64,000 nucleotides of DNA, taken from positions 10,976,001 to 11,040,000 of the forward strand of contig NC_087251.1 of assembly GCF_037042905.1 (NCBI RefSeq), in the 5' to 3' direction. Below are positions 50,926-64,000 of the stretch, piece after piece. Numbering within the stretch: the stretch's first letter is position 1; every line of letters begins with the position of its first letter. The translations under genes were made by a program, and so were the position numbers. This stretch comes from Lytechinus pictus (Eukaryota). The notes beneath the pieces are model-generated. The model made no database searches. It was not told where the DNA came from and was given only the letters and a program-made list of their open reading frames with translations.

Positions 50926-52311
50926 TACAAGAAACAGCTCAAAATTAAGAAAAGGGTATATAAAAAAAGGAAACGCCTGTGAACTTATAATGAAATTATA
51001 ATTAGAAAAAAAGAATTACTTTGAAAAATACGGGTAATGTTATTTTTTGACATTCTTAATTATTTTTGTCGGTAGTAATGTGCAGTAAGATATTTGAAAT
51101 AACAAAATCGAGTATTGTACTACGATTCTTTTTTTCTTTTGCAATACCGAACTCGAAAAATTGTCTATAAAGTCGGGCAACAGAACAAATCGACTCTTTA
51201 TACTGGAGAATGAAAGGTTGTATAAGTAAACTGTTGTTGAAATATTCAGACATCACCTCCTCCTCCTCGATACTGTATCCAAATATCAGTCACTTCATCA
51301 GAAAATTTCCCTTGAGATGACATCATCATCCAAATACGATTCTAACTGTGTGACTTTCTTAAAACCAACATTATTGTGGGTGCGTGCGTGCCACGTTCTT
51401 TATGTTTGCAGAAGATGTAACACAAAGAGAAATTTCACAAAAAACGATGATTTGCAGGCGTAAAAGTCACCTTGAAGTAATACGATTCATTCTATAATTC
51501 TCTTTATCTGAATAATAATGACATCATTGTCGTGGGAAGGAAAAGAAAGGTTTTTCAGTGCCTATAAAGAATGTCCGACGTTAATCCTCAAACTAGTACT
51601 TTCTTTGGAAAATGTGGCAGTGCTTGTAAGACATTTTGTTCAATTTCATTTGTTTCAGAATTTATAGGCTACGACTTTAAACACCCTTCTGGTTCTCAAA
51701 GTTGTCTTAATTATGATAATAATCATACCATGATTAATTAATTGATTGATTTTTGTTCGTCAGGTATAACACAAGATATCGAATGTAAAATTGTTAGGAT
51801 CAAATTGATATCTTGACAGGATAACCAATGAAAGTCGAAATTGCTTATTTCCAATGGGGTCCTATACATGATTGACGACAAACACTATACAGCTACAAAC
51901 GAGGTAAAGCAAACCAGAAATCTAAAGTAGCAAATACAAAAAATATGTTACTAACTCTTTGGAAAAGACGAATGTATTTATATGCTTTCAAGTATTCGCT
52001 GATAATGCATCAGGTTAAAGTATGTGATAGACGAGAAAGGTGATATTGGAGATAATTGAATGAGAGAGAAAGGGGAGAGAGAAAAGGGGAGAGAGGGGGA
52101 GGGGGAAACTAGAAATAGTAAGAGAGGTAGAGAAAGGAAGAGAGATGGAGACAGCAACGGGTGAAATGATAAGGAGGAGAAATCGAGGGGCATTTCAAAT
52201 AAGAAAATTGATACGAGATTATTTAAAGTAACTTGCGCAAGCGTGACCACAAACAAAAATTACGAAAGAACAAGAAGACGTAAGTGGATGAGGTTGTCAG
52301 GATGATATAAC

Positions 52312-52332
52312 CATGGACCTACTAGGTCCATG
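52312..52332. mobile_element. 21-bp palindromic insert or transposon footprint with a 7-bp TSD
   Basis: ATATAAC-CATGGACCTA c TAGGTCCATG-ATATAAC. Confidence 0.82.
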
Positions 52333-52978
52333 ATATAACAAGGGGTGGGTGAAGAAGGATGTGAGGACATCCGCATCCTTATGGTGTCTTGTGCCTACAA
52401 TCATCCCACTCCCAAGGCAAAGTTAGTGTTGACATTTATGTGACCACATGGATTGCCTGTGGACATCAATATGAACATGTAATCAGCTTGACATTGATCA
52501 CTACACACGAATCACTGCACCTGTGCATCATTAAGTATGGTTTGTCTATCTGGAAGATAATATCTGGTATCAACATCCGCCGCATCTACACACGATCCCA
52601 CTATACCAGGGCGCCATTACTGGCATACACATCGGGATGGGGACATTTATATAACGTACTGACCGCCTGTTAACACCATTTCTGAATAACAAAATTGTAA
52701 ATTTGGTTGCATACTTCATTTCGCACGATATGTGTATCATCACTGAGGTTTCCATTTCACCTCCATGGTTTCATAAATCAGTTTTGGGTTCCATGTGTCA
52801 TCATACATGTAATATCTAAAATTACACTGATGTCATATGCATGTTCAGACAACGTACCCAACATGGTCGCCACAATTATTCAGGGGTCCGAGCCAAAATA
52901 CGGGGAGGAAGGAATCAGCAGAAAGCATTGTACATTGGATTCAATTGCACAGCTCCCCCATCTTGCCATAACTATAAC

Positions 52979-53012
52979 CATAGACCTATGTTAGAATGTC
53001 AGTAGGTCTATA
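52979..53012. mobile_element. Diverged 34-bp member of the palindromic footprint family
   Basis: CTATAAC-CATAGACCTA tgttagaatgtcag TAGGTCTATA-TAATAAC (TSD 5/7). Confidence 0.55.
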
Positions 53013-56000
53013 TAATAACTACAATAGTATTTCTATAGATTAATGCTTTTCTAATTGTAAAACCAATATTATGAAAATCATGTACGATACATCCTTGATA
53101 TAATGATATAAACGTGGCGACTTTTAATACATTTAGTTACAAGCTTATCAACATGTCACAGATGTTATGCTACTAATTAATGTTAGGAATTAACACATTC
53201 GATGTTATACAATTTACATTAATTTACACCTTCGATGTGTGCAGATTACTCCTGGTAACTTTATATTTAACTTTACATTTTTTCCCCCTATAATTTATCT
53301 GAAGTTCATAGAGTTTAGTTATAAATGTAATGACATTCCCATTTTCATTTAGCCTTTTTTTCATGAACATCTTTGATCATTCAAGGATCACGATGCCAAG
53401 TAAGAGATATAGAGACTGATATAGAGGGGGTGCCATTGCAAACACGATAGATAAAAGCTGAAATTTATATTCACAATCTGATTAACAAATTTTAAGTTCA
53501 GCTCTAATTATGGGTAATTACTTAATTTCATTTCTGCATAATCCTTTGCTTTTTTTATGTAGGCCATAATACTACCGGATAATTTTTTTTCTCTCGGCTA
53601 TCTTTTTTAAATAAACAAACCTTTGAATACTGAAGAAGCGGTTACTTTTTGAATGAAATGATTTGCTTTATTTACATTATGAGTTTTTAAATGAAAAATA
53701 TGAATTAGAAATGAGATCTAAAATACCATCCAGTAAAAGTACTGTATATAGGTCCATAAGAAAATTTGTCCATTGATCGGGTTGACCTGCAGCGGCATCG
53801 TATAGCCTATATTAGAGTTTAATAGATTGCTTTCCTCTAAGCTAGTCATCAATGGGGGCATTCACATGTCATCCACGATCTTCCTCCTCCTCCTTCTTAA
53901 CATAATTTATGAAGATCAAGCCGTAATGAGGATGCTGCATCACAACTGATGCAGAGAGCAAGCGGGAGAGTGTATGTCGTCTGCGTAGTTTCCCGCCCTT
54001 TCGCTCCGCGTCATAAAGGATGCTTTTTATTGGTCTTCGCTGACCATTGACCATACATGGAGAGCAGGATATTAACGAACTGGTCGATGACTCATCGGCT
54101 ATTATCATTCAGCGACGTCGCTTCGCCAACATCAAGGTTCGGTGTCGCTAACAGCCTCTACCCGAGGTTCATGTCGCGTGCAGGCAGTTCCTGACGTCAA
54201 GGGTCAATAAAGATATCTTTAAAGCAAAGATATCTTTAAAGCTCAGTGTATCATGAAGCGGGATGGGGAGGGGTGGGATAGAGGGGTGTAAGGGTGTGTG
54301 TGTGTTTGTGGGGGGGGGTTAAACAGTTTTTTTTTTTACAATACTTAGGCACTCGCCCCCCTAGTGTATCCTGGTGGTATACCTTTGTAGATTGCTGTTG
54401 ATTTCGAATATTTTTTTGTTGATCGGCAAAATTAAAATACATGAAAGCACATTTAACCCATCCCTTTTAAACCAATCAATAATATAGCCCTCTCAATTTC
54501 TTTCATTACTTTGTCAACTCCCTCTCCCCCTCTCAGATGTATATTCTAAACATTCAATAGTCTTGTTTATTTTGTTTGAAGCAAGCGAAAGTCGAGGAGG
54601 ATTTGACATTCAATATCATGAAACAGGATGAGCGGGGAAACATCATCAGTTCCTTGATTTTTGTTGTAAAATGAATCCTGGCCATCTGGTGGTGCCTACA
54701 TACATAGCCAATAATGAAGAAGATGGATACAGAAAGTGCACGTCTCCGGCTGCATGTATTAGGATGAAACAGTCAAACAGTGGCTATGGAATTAAATGAT
54801 GGGGAGGATAACTCTGATTGTAAAAGTCAAAGATGTAGGTTTGAATGTAGTTTGAAGCTGGGAGCGTATGGAATATTTACCTCATCTCTATTCCATCATT
54901 CATTTTCACATTTCTCATTTCTGCTCTGCTTTCTTCCATTCTTTTCGTGATCTAGGTAATGTGTTTTCAATGTGATTTTCATTCAGAAAGCAAAGCAGGT
55001 TGTATTTGTAATTAGCTTGTTTTAGAGTATTTTAAAAGAGCTGCTCACGATATTCCTCCTCTAAATATAGACGATAAGAAGACCTTTATTTTTTCTGTAT
55101 TACAACGTTGATACCCCTCCAACACGTCATGTTTAAAGATATGGGCCTTCATGTATCATGTGAATATTAATGTTCAGAAATTCCCTTTCGACGAGTTCCT
55201 CTTCATTAAGTGGATATGGTCCGATGGTCTGACCACAAGAGCATGTGTATCTTCCAAGATTTCACCGACGCCAATAAAGTCGTCAATGCGATAATTATAG
55301 TACAGCGAACTTTTTTGTCGTTGGTGCAATAGCGCTTTGAAAATAATCCGTGAACGAAATGCTGTCAAATTTGAATGAAAAACAAAACGCTTCAAATCAA
55401 TATCCTCTCCCTGATTTTTTTAAAATAAATTATTTTGAATAGGGAGGGCTAATCCCTCATCATGCCCCTTCCACGTTGGTTTTGGGTGTGGTGTTGGGGG
55501 CGGTGTAGACAAGAGGGTAGATGAAATTGGTTTGACGTCCGAGGGAAAGTGAAGAGGAGGCCAAACTCATCAAAGAGATAATAAAGAATGTCGTAATGTC
55601 CTGTTTTGCTGCTTCTTCAATATCTCTTCATACATTCTCCAACAAACACTTGAAAAACCCTTCCGTGCTCGATGAGGATGAGGGGTTTCATAAAATAACA
55701 TCAAATTTATCACGATATGTCATTATAATGCTAACATAAGCACTATTTCAATCATCATGTTCAGCTTAAGAGAAAAATATATTACCAATAGTTATTATGA
55801 TATCAGTGATGTATGTATCTAAAACATTGAGTTAATAGACACCATCAAGAGTAGTGAATGGGATAAAAGAAACAAAAATCATGAGCTCGAGCATGTTGAA
55901 GTACATCATATGAAAACCATGATCCAGATAAATTACAGACAGCGGTATTACCGGTTTTCAAATTCCCTTTCAATAAAGATTAATGACTTTGATTTTTCTA

Positions 56001-57466
56001 TTTTTATTGTCGATTTTTAATGTATCTTGCACTTAGAAACAATGTGTTTTAAGCGCTATATAAATCATTTCACTACACCGTTATTTATTAAGGGCCGCTG
56101 AACGGTTTTGAAAGTGGGCAGGGGGATGACCATGCAAAAATCACAATAAGATGGTAATTTTTACGGTTTTGTACACTGTTTTGGAATAAAAAATGGGGGC
56201 TGAAGCCCATCCAGCCCCCCCCCCCCCTATTTCCGAGGCCCTGTTTATGTCGATGGTATAATGACATTGCGAAGGTTAAATGATAACTGGATGTCTTCTC
56301 CCTCGAAAGCATGGGTGTTGCCAAGATTAATACAAATTACTTGAAAAAGACCGTATTGTCAAGGTCGGTTGGGTCGTAGGAGGAAAATGGAAAGAAAAGA
56401 TGCCGTAATTAGTATGACGTCAGATGAAATGGTCTTTTATGAAATGACGGAAGTCGTTTCTTGCATAACCATTATGTAGACCTTCATGGCCATTATGACT
56501 ACGAATGAGTTTATAAGCTAATTCATCACCCAAGCTTATGATAAATGAAAATTATTCCTTCAGAGCAATTATCATATTTTATTTTTTTGTGTGTGAATAT
56601 ATTTTGCCTGTTGAGGATTTATCTGTAAAAAAATTATAAATATGTTTTTGTTTAACATATAGCCTTTGAAAACCCACATGGTGTGGCGATATCGAGTAGA
56701 TAAGGGGTTTTTTTACTTGCCGGTAATAAGGTGAAGAAAGAAAACTTTATAGTCGAATCATCACTTACACGAAGAATGATGTGTTAATAAGAGATCTTCG
56801 CTGAAATGCTCTTTTCATCTTATTTTTGTGTTCCTTTTTTCTTTTCCCGATCCGTTTTTCACGTCCCCGAACCGCTCTTGCTTAATATATTTTTTGGGTG
56901 TGGTCGTGAGAGGGAGTGTGAAAAGAGGGAAGTGACGTTCGAATGAGAGGAGGTCAAACTCATAAAAGTGATGATTCCACCCAGAAATTGATGAAAATGA
57001 TTTCAAACTTAAGCTTTAGCTCGCCCACTTAACCGTACTTGATAACGGCAATTTAAGAAGAGTATCATTGAATCGGATTATTTTTACACATATATTAGTA
57101 GAAAGAAGACAATTATCGTATCAAATTGGCGAAGTAAAAAGGAACAATTCAAGGGATTTATTGAACATGGGGAATACTTTGAAGAAGTGGTGACGATAGT
57201 TTCTGAAAATAAATTGTAGGGTAAAACAAGGAAGAAAGATCGTGGCGTTTTGAAGAAATGAGAACAAACAATGGTGAAATCAAAAGTATTTTATGAAAAA
57301 AATAACAGATAAAGGGGGAAATTGTAAAGAAAAAAAAAGACAATTGCAGTGGATGTGTTTCCCCCCGTCCCCTTCTCGATATTCTGTTGTTTCTTGTAGC
57401 ACCCCAGTCATCATGCGAGTCACAGGTGTTGCTTGCGTCACGTTCAACGTCTTGTTGAAATTGTGC

Positions 57467-57560
57467 AGAAGAAGAAGAGAGAGAAGAAGAAGAGAGAGAA
57501 GAAGAAGAGAGAGAAGAAGAAGAGAGAGAAGAAGAAGAAGAGGAGGAGGAAGAAGAGAAA
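57467..57560. repeat. 15-bp GA-rich tandem repeat (AGAAGAAGAAGAGAG)n within a purine tract
   Basis: Directly visible. Confidence 0.85.
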
Positions 57561-59313
57561 AAAGGATAAAAACAACAAGATAAGTAGAAGAATGAGAAGA
57601 AAAATATTGTACAGGGAGGAAAAGATGGAGAAAGGGACAGAAAGAAGAAAATGGAGAAATAGGAGCGGAAGAGAAAGAGGGAGAGAGAGAGAGACAGAGA
57701 AACAATGAAAAATAGATAGACAAACAAACAAACAAGTTGAAACAAAGACAAGTGGTCGGGATGTATCATTCCACTTCCCTCAATTGAATTTTACTAAAGA
57801 TACAAAAAGACATCCCAACTATATAGAGACCTAGATGATCATCTTCCAATTGATATGTGAAATTTCACACTACTGCACGCAGTGCACGTCTTTCATTCCA
57901 AGAAATTCAAATCATTCTCTTGAATTTGTCATTCGGTGACTCGTCCTCCTCGTATGCAAAATACAGGTATGCAATGCTGTATGGTTCATTTATTTAACAA
58001 ATGATCCACATTCAGGTCCATCTCTGAATTAGTCATCGCTTTAGTAATTGCGATATATACAGTCCTTTGTGAGGTTTCTAGTGACATAGAAATCGAGTAA
58101 TATTGTCGCATGTCACATATAATTTTCTTTAATTAAGGAAAAGTAGCTCTATGGTATGGGTAGATCTGATTTATTTATAAGTCACCAAGGTAGTACTGTT
58201 TTCTATTTGTTTCTATTATCCTATAAAAAGTAATGTTGTGTTTTATTCATACCGAGGTAAAATATAAATTTACAGTAATAAACACTTCTTTAATTCTAAG
58301 GAGATGCAATTACATGTAAAAGAACATTCGAGTAAAATGAAAGAACGTGGGGGTGTTGGAGAACGTCCTGCGCTTGTTTACTGGCAAAGATCCAGAAAAG
58401 GGTACCCATCATATCTACCCGAACTTCACGTATACACAGATGACCCCCCCTCCCGCCCCCCCCCCCCCCCCCCCCCCGTATAGATTCATGTTTCATTCTC
58501 TGTTTCTATGCCTGGACACGTGTTCAGGGAATACCCTTTTGCAGCCGATGAGCGAATTTATTGCGTTTTGCTAATTCATTATACCGCCTTTATGAACATT
58601 CATTGTTGCAGCTTATCAGAGCGACACCTGCTTTCTAATGAAGATGTCTAGGGTCGCGTAGATTTCAGTCGAGAAACAATAATAACCAGGGCTGTTTATT
58701 TGGAAGATTGTATTTTTCTAGAAACGAGAGATCACTTCAGTATTATCTTGATTTCAGTATTACAGAATGTATTTTGCAATAAAAATTGGACGCATTCATT
58801 TAGCTCGTTGGCATATACCGACTCGTGTAGTTTATGGCACCTATATACTGATATAGCTGTGACAAATAAAGAAGACATGATATGCACACTTAATATTACA
58901 TGTCGTTCATAGCCTTCCTTGTTTTGTCAGTTTGATTTAGAGCAGTGACAAGGACCAACCAACTCCATGTACGGGGGGCACATATAGCCGCTCCAAGGAA
59001 GAAAATTAATAAATAATGATAATCAAAACAAAGTTCCACGACCGAGAAAAAAATGAAGGAAAAGAAAGGACGGGAAATGAAAACGGTACCATACAAAATA
59101 GAAATGGCGCAAAATAAACAACAACAACATTAATAAAAAAATGAAATGAATAGATTAAAGTTTATAAATGAAAAAATACATAGACGAATCAAGATGAAAG
59201 TTCCAATGTCGATTATAACATGTACATAACTTCATTTCTTTGTTTCCTTTGCTTGCTCTTACCATTCCAAATTGTGAATGTTTGTTTACTTCAATTACTC
59301 CTAGATATCTTAA

Positions 59314-59905
59314 AGGGATGCCTCCGGCTGATACAAATGATTTAAAGAGATAAAGAAAAATCAGACAAACAAAACACTGAAAATTTGATCAAAATCGAAC
59401 AAGGAATAAGAGAGATATGGCATTTTAAAGATTTGCATTATTCCGGTGAAACAGTTCTAGGCATGTCTTCATGAATATTCAATGAGCATATTGATGATGT
59501 CATGTCCCCACTTGTTCTTTTGTATTTTATTATATAAAATTAGATTTATTCAAGTTTTTCCTTCATGAACCAAAAATATTGCAATAACAACTGATTAAGT
59601 GCATTAGATATTCACTGCTGCAACCTATTTCATTATAAAGGAGACACAATATTCACACATGTATGAAAAATGAAACAATTATGATTTCATGTAATAACAT
59701 AAGAAATAGGAAAGTGGGTGAAGTGACATCATCAGCCCACCTGATGATGTGCCTATAACAATTTTCACAAAATATTGCTAAACTTTAAAATTCAATATTA
59801 AACTTTGTTATTTGTTATCCGATTTTGATGATTTTTCCAGCGTTTTACTCAGTGAATTTTGCTCTATGTATTTAGCTACAAATATTTTCAGCCCGGATTA
59901 CCCCT
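59314..59905. mobile_element. Non-autonomous DNA transposon (MITE), Kolobok-like, related to 2531-3125
   Basis: TTAA at 59310-59313 and 59906-59909; imperfect TIRs AGGGATGCCTCCGGCTGA / TCAGCCCGGATTACCCCT; shared subterminal AAATCAGACAA block; 592 bp. Confidence 0.72.
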
Positions 59906-62006
59906 TTAATAGCGGAATTATTTTGTCTGTATTGTGGTGCTTCTTGTTTTGTTCTGCAAAACCTCCATAGTCCGAAGCACATAGCGGAAAGATGTGCAAT
60001 TCATGCATGAAATACGTTTGATGTGTAGACAAATTGAGTTTTTTTTATAAGCGGTTTTTCTGGTTGTTGGGGTCTCTTGTGATTCAGAAAACTTACCCAA
60101 AATATCTACAATTCATATATTCACAGATGATATTGTGAACATTATCACGATGACTAATATACCAGGCACACGATTGATATCGTTTATTTATTATTATTAT
60201 TTTTTTTAAATTCATTCTATATTCTACTCCCTTTTTTTGGGGGGAGGGGTTGTAGAGACCCATTCGTTCATAAATGGTGGATTTTTCAAGCGTTTTTTTT
60301 TTTTAACAAGACTTAGTATACCGTTAGAATTTGAACAAAAAAAATGCTTTCTTTATTTGCAATTTACAGTGTATCATTGCTATAATCTTGTTGATAAAAC
60401 ATCAAAATGCATTTTCAGTCTCAAGTATTTCGTTGCACGGTCTAGGGATGATGTCAGAGAATTTCAATATGTTTTTAATGAGTGCTCTCCTTTAATTTGT
60501 AAGTCAAAAAGCTAGAGATTTTTTTGAAAGGCGTCGTTTTTTTTTCTTTTTATTGAAAGTGTGTATCACTATGGGTCAAGATTTTCACAATCTTGATGAT
60601 AATCAGCTTCATAAAATCAATAATAGCACCAACCGATTTATAGTTTTAACTATGTAGACTATCTGGGTCAATCAATTTCACCTCTAAACCGATTTAACTC
60701 TCATCTCAGTTCGCACATTGATATGAGCATGGACGACTTTCCTTGCTGTACACCGAATCCAAGGGAGTTTGTATTGTTGATGATGTTGCTCTTCAATCTT
60801 GGTGATTAAAATTGTATATAGTCGGTTTTAGGTGGAAAATAATGTTGTATTGCAATTTGATAATGTCCTTCTGGTGCTACAAGTGTTCTATTAAAATCTG
60901 AACAGTGTAATTATAACTGTTATTACTTCGAACTCATGCCATGTACACAGTATGAATTACTGCATTTTATCTATTTGATTGTAATCGAAGAATTTACAAA
61001 TAAAGGTAAGGGAAATAGGAATATATCTCTGACACGCGCTCATAGCCAGGGATAGGTCCTGACTTCTGGTTCATTATAGCTTGACGAGAAATTGATCAGG
61101 TGACAATATATTGATAAAATCAGTTAACTCTCATAAGTCCAGTGTCCTAAAATAGTACTATTCAAACACAAATAAAGATAAAAAGGCAAACTTTGTCTAT
61201 CAGAGTATTGAACGGTATCCGGGCATAAAATCTGCAGGCGAGAGCTAGAAATATATATCATAAAAAAGGTGCAACTGCTTCGGAGAAGATACTATGAACG
61301 TGTGTCTGGGGATCCATAGAGGGGGTATTTTCCAAGAAAGTTATAACACCTTTTTTCCATAAATTATAGCATGAATTTTCCCGAGGAGAAATTTTATTTC
61401 ATGAGTAGGTTTAAATTTTAATTTTGAGATATATTCCTGTATGTCATCTCTCCGAGTCACCCTCTCTAACCCTGTCGTTATGATAGTAGATCAATTTCTT
61501 TTTGGTTGGAAATTGATATGGATCAAACTCCTATATACGTGCTAACGAAACCCACTATCATGACTGTGGCGTATTACGTAGAAGTGAAGTTTCGGTATCG
61601 CGCAATGAAATTGGCTTTTTCTGTTCTAAAATCTCGAATGAAATTATAAATAAAAACAGACATCTCTTTTGTAGTTAGATTATGTGATTAAAGGGTGTGA
61701 TGATTGGGATGTGAATTGGAATTCTTCTGCTTTTAATTTTCGTTTCATGTCAATTCCTATCTCAGCCACTTTAACTAAATGATTTGTTTTACTTTGTTGC
61801 TCGTTTTCGAAATTGACATGGGCTTTTTACCTTATCCCTCCCCCTCCGCTATACAAAACACCCGACATCGCCAATACGCCATTGGATATAAAAAGGTCCA
61901 ATGGTCAACTCGTGTGTAAATAATTTGATTAAAATCAACATCAAATTGAGATTGATCTTTGCAATTTTTTTCCTTAGGTACTGTGCATGATTGAGAGTAG
62001 ATGATC

Positions 62007-62223
62007 CATGGTCGTACGCAGCGGGGGGGGGGGGAACAGGGGGCAGTTGCCCCCAGAAATTGTGAAAATTTACATTTTCAAAAGTATGTGCCAAATCCTT
62101 CAATATAACTTGACAAAATGCAAAAAAAAACGCCCCAATGACTCCCTCGCTTTCAATTTTTTTTTTAAGTGTACGCATGCTGCCCCCCACCCCCCCAGCG
62201 AAAGATTTCTGCGTACGGCCATG
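62007..62223. mobile_element. Small TIR element (MITE)
   Basis: TIRs CATGGTCGTACGCAG / CTGCGTACGGCCATG (14/15); no clear TSD. Confidence 0.6.
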
Positions 62224-64000
62224 AGTAAGTTAGATCTATTCCTGATTTTTTAATCAATCGCACATGGGAGCTGCGTCACAGGGGGGGGGGGGCTGGGATG
62301 GCCCTCTTCTATTCTCAAGTGATCAAAATGAAGACTAAATAAGAGCAGAATTGAAAAAGAAGATAGAGATACAGTGTCATAAAGAATGTGCAGGGTCATG
62401 TAATCATATAATTCACTTTTAATGCAAATATTAAGTCACTCTTATAGTGCGTCTGAAAGTGCATTTAGTTCCAAATCCCTTTTTAAGACGGAGCCCATCG
62501 AGCTCAAAGTCATGATTACCAATCAGGAAATAGTTTGATATAGTCTATGCACATTTTACATAGCGATTGTCCATACATAGTACTATTGTTCATGTAGGCT
62601 AATGGAGAAAATATAATACTTTATATCAATATCATTGTCTTCGCAAAAATTCCAGGAAATTAATGTTTTTCAAATTCATTATATGTTGAAATTGCTTTAA
62701 CATTGCATTGATATAATTATGAAAATCAAAATGTCTATTTTAAAGTAATTACCACATGATCGCGCTCTAAAAATATTACAGGTGCCTCTTTGGCATATAG
62801 TTATGAATTTAAATGTGATATGCGAGAACCTGGAAGTGTTTGCATAGTGACGGTATATCCAGGTGAGTTTGAATAACGCTGTGTGGGGGTATATCACGTA
62901 GGAGCTCGGTGTATAGGGATGGTGCCAAGGGCGGGAGGGTCATAATGACGATAGAGCTCCTAGATTTTTCAAGATAACAATGAAGGCAGAGAAAGAAAGG
63001 AGAAGAAGTGTGTCAATGAGGGGACGCGTAACTCAAAAGTATCCCTAATATCTAACTGAAAAAAATAAATCTTTGGATCATCTTGCCCCCCCCCCTTATT
63101 CCCTTGAACCGACCCTGTTTTCCCACATACACTGCTATAAGCTTGTAACCCCTGTAGGGACCGGGGCGGTGGCATACCCCATCCCCCTTATATTACTGCA
63201 TGGCTATGCCATAATCTGCAAAGTATTATTATTATAGATATAGAGAATCATCGCCCACCGTGACTGGAAATTTACAGAGAGCGTTGGACTTTGATCAGCA
63301 TTGTGTATTACACTTATCAATATACTCTGTGATCATTTATTCTTTTCGCTGTACTGTACAGTGCCATTGTGAACTTTTCAGTCAAACCATGCATTATTTT
63401 TTAAATTAATTTCAATGCATTGTGAAAGAACATGTTTTGGATCGTATACGGTATAAGATTAAATGATTTCGAATCGATGTTCAGTGTCTTTTAATTTTCG
63501 AATCGATAATAGTTTGATTATTGGATGTGCGGGTACCTCCTTTTTTATATAGCGTAGTCATAGGACGGCTTTACATATAGGACTATACCATAGGTCTGTA
63601 AATGAATCAATTTCACTGCTCTATCTTGTTGACTATTCACTATTATCTAGAGCTCAGTCGGTTTACTTCGATATCACACAATTTTATTCCTCCTTTCAGG
63701 ATATCATAAGATTTTACAGCATAAACTAAGCCTTGTGAGCATTTATCAAGAAAGCTCTAAAACGAAAGGAAATAGGGTTCTGTTTAACAATGTCATATGT
63801 TTCATCATCTCTACCATTAAATATCAGATGGTTTTAATTGTTCTTACTTTCATGGGCAAAATATGCAAGAAATTTTATTTTTAAGATTACATTTTGACTT
63901 CATTTCCATACACGCTTGGTCGCCACATAATGGATACTAAGTACGTACAGTAGTCCAGTCCGGGGGGGGGGGGGGGCTCTGTATTAATGAACAGGAGCCC

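Noticed and set aside
52389..52994. Two consecutive ~95-aa ORFs in a slightly GC-richer patch
   Set aside because: No recognisable motif and no consistent splice signals.
57158..57769. 203-aa and overlapping low-complexity ORFs
   Set aside because: They derive from a GA-rich simple repeat and have no domain-like content.

Overview
AT-rich, intron-containing eukaryotic (animal) DNA. The repeat types suggest an invertebrate deuterostome such as a sea urchin, but this is inference. Coding content: (1) two tandem + strand organic solute transporter alpha (OSTalpha/SLC51A-like, Solute_trans_a/TMEM184 superfamily) paralogs with the same exon phases. Paralog A is 5'-truncated by the window edge (1-5698); paralog B is complete (CDS 25350-31170, 7 coding exons, 465 aa by my exon sum). 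(2) A - strand double-hotdog thioesterase-like gene broken by an in-frame TGA and a frameshift (37144-39696), probably a pseudogene. (3) A decayed, 5'-truncated CR1/L2-group LINE (about 49270-50925). The rest is non-coding, with non-autonomous DNA transposons (hAT-like with 8-bp TSDs, Kolobok-like with TTAA TSDs), minisatellites and microsatellites. The two most unusual observations are a family of tiny (10-34 bp) palindromic inserts CATGGACCTA...TAGGTCCATG with 7-bp direct repeats (four perfect, one degraded), best explained as P/Galileo-type excision footprints, and a TSD-flanked SINE with a 7SL (Alu-like) head joined to a Deu/Nin-like core.
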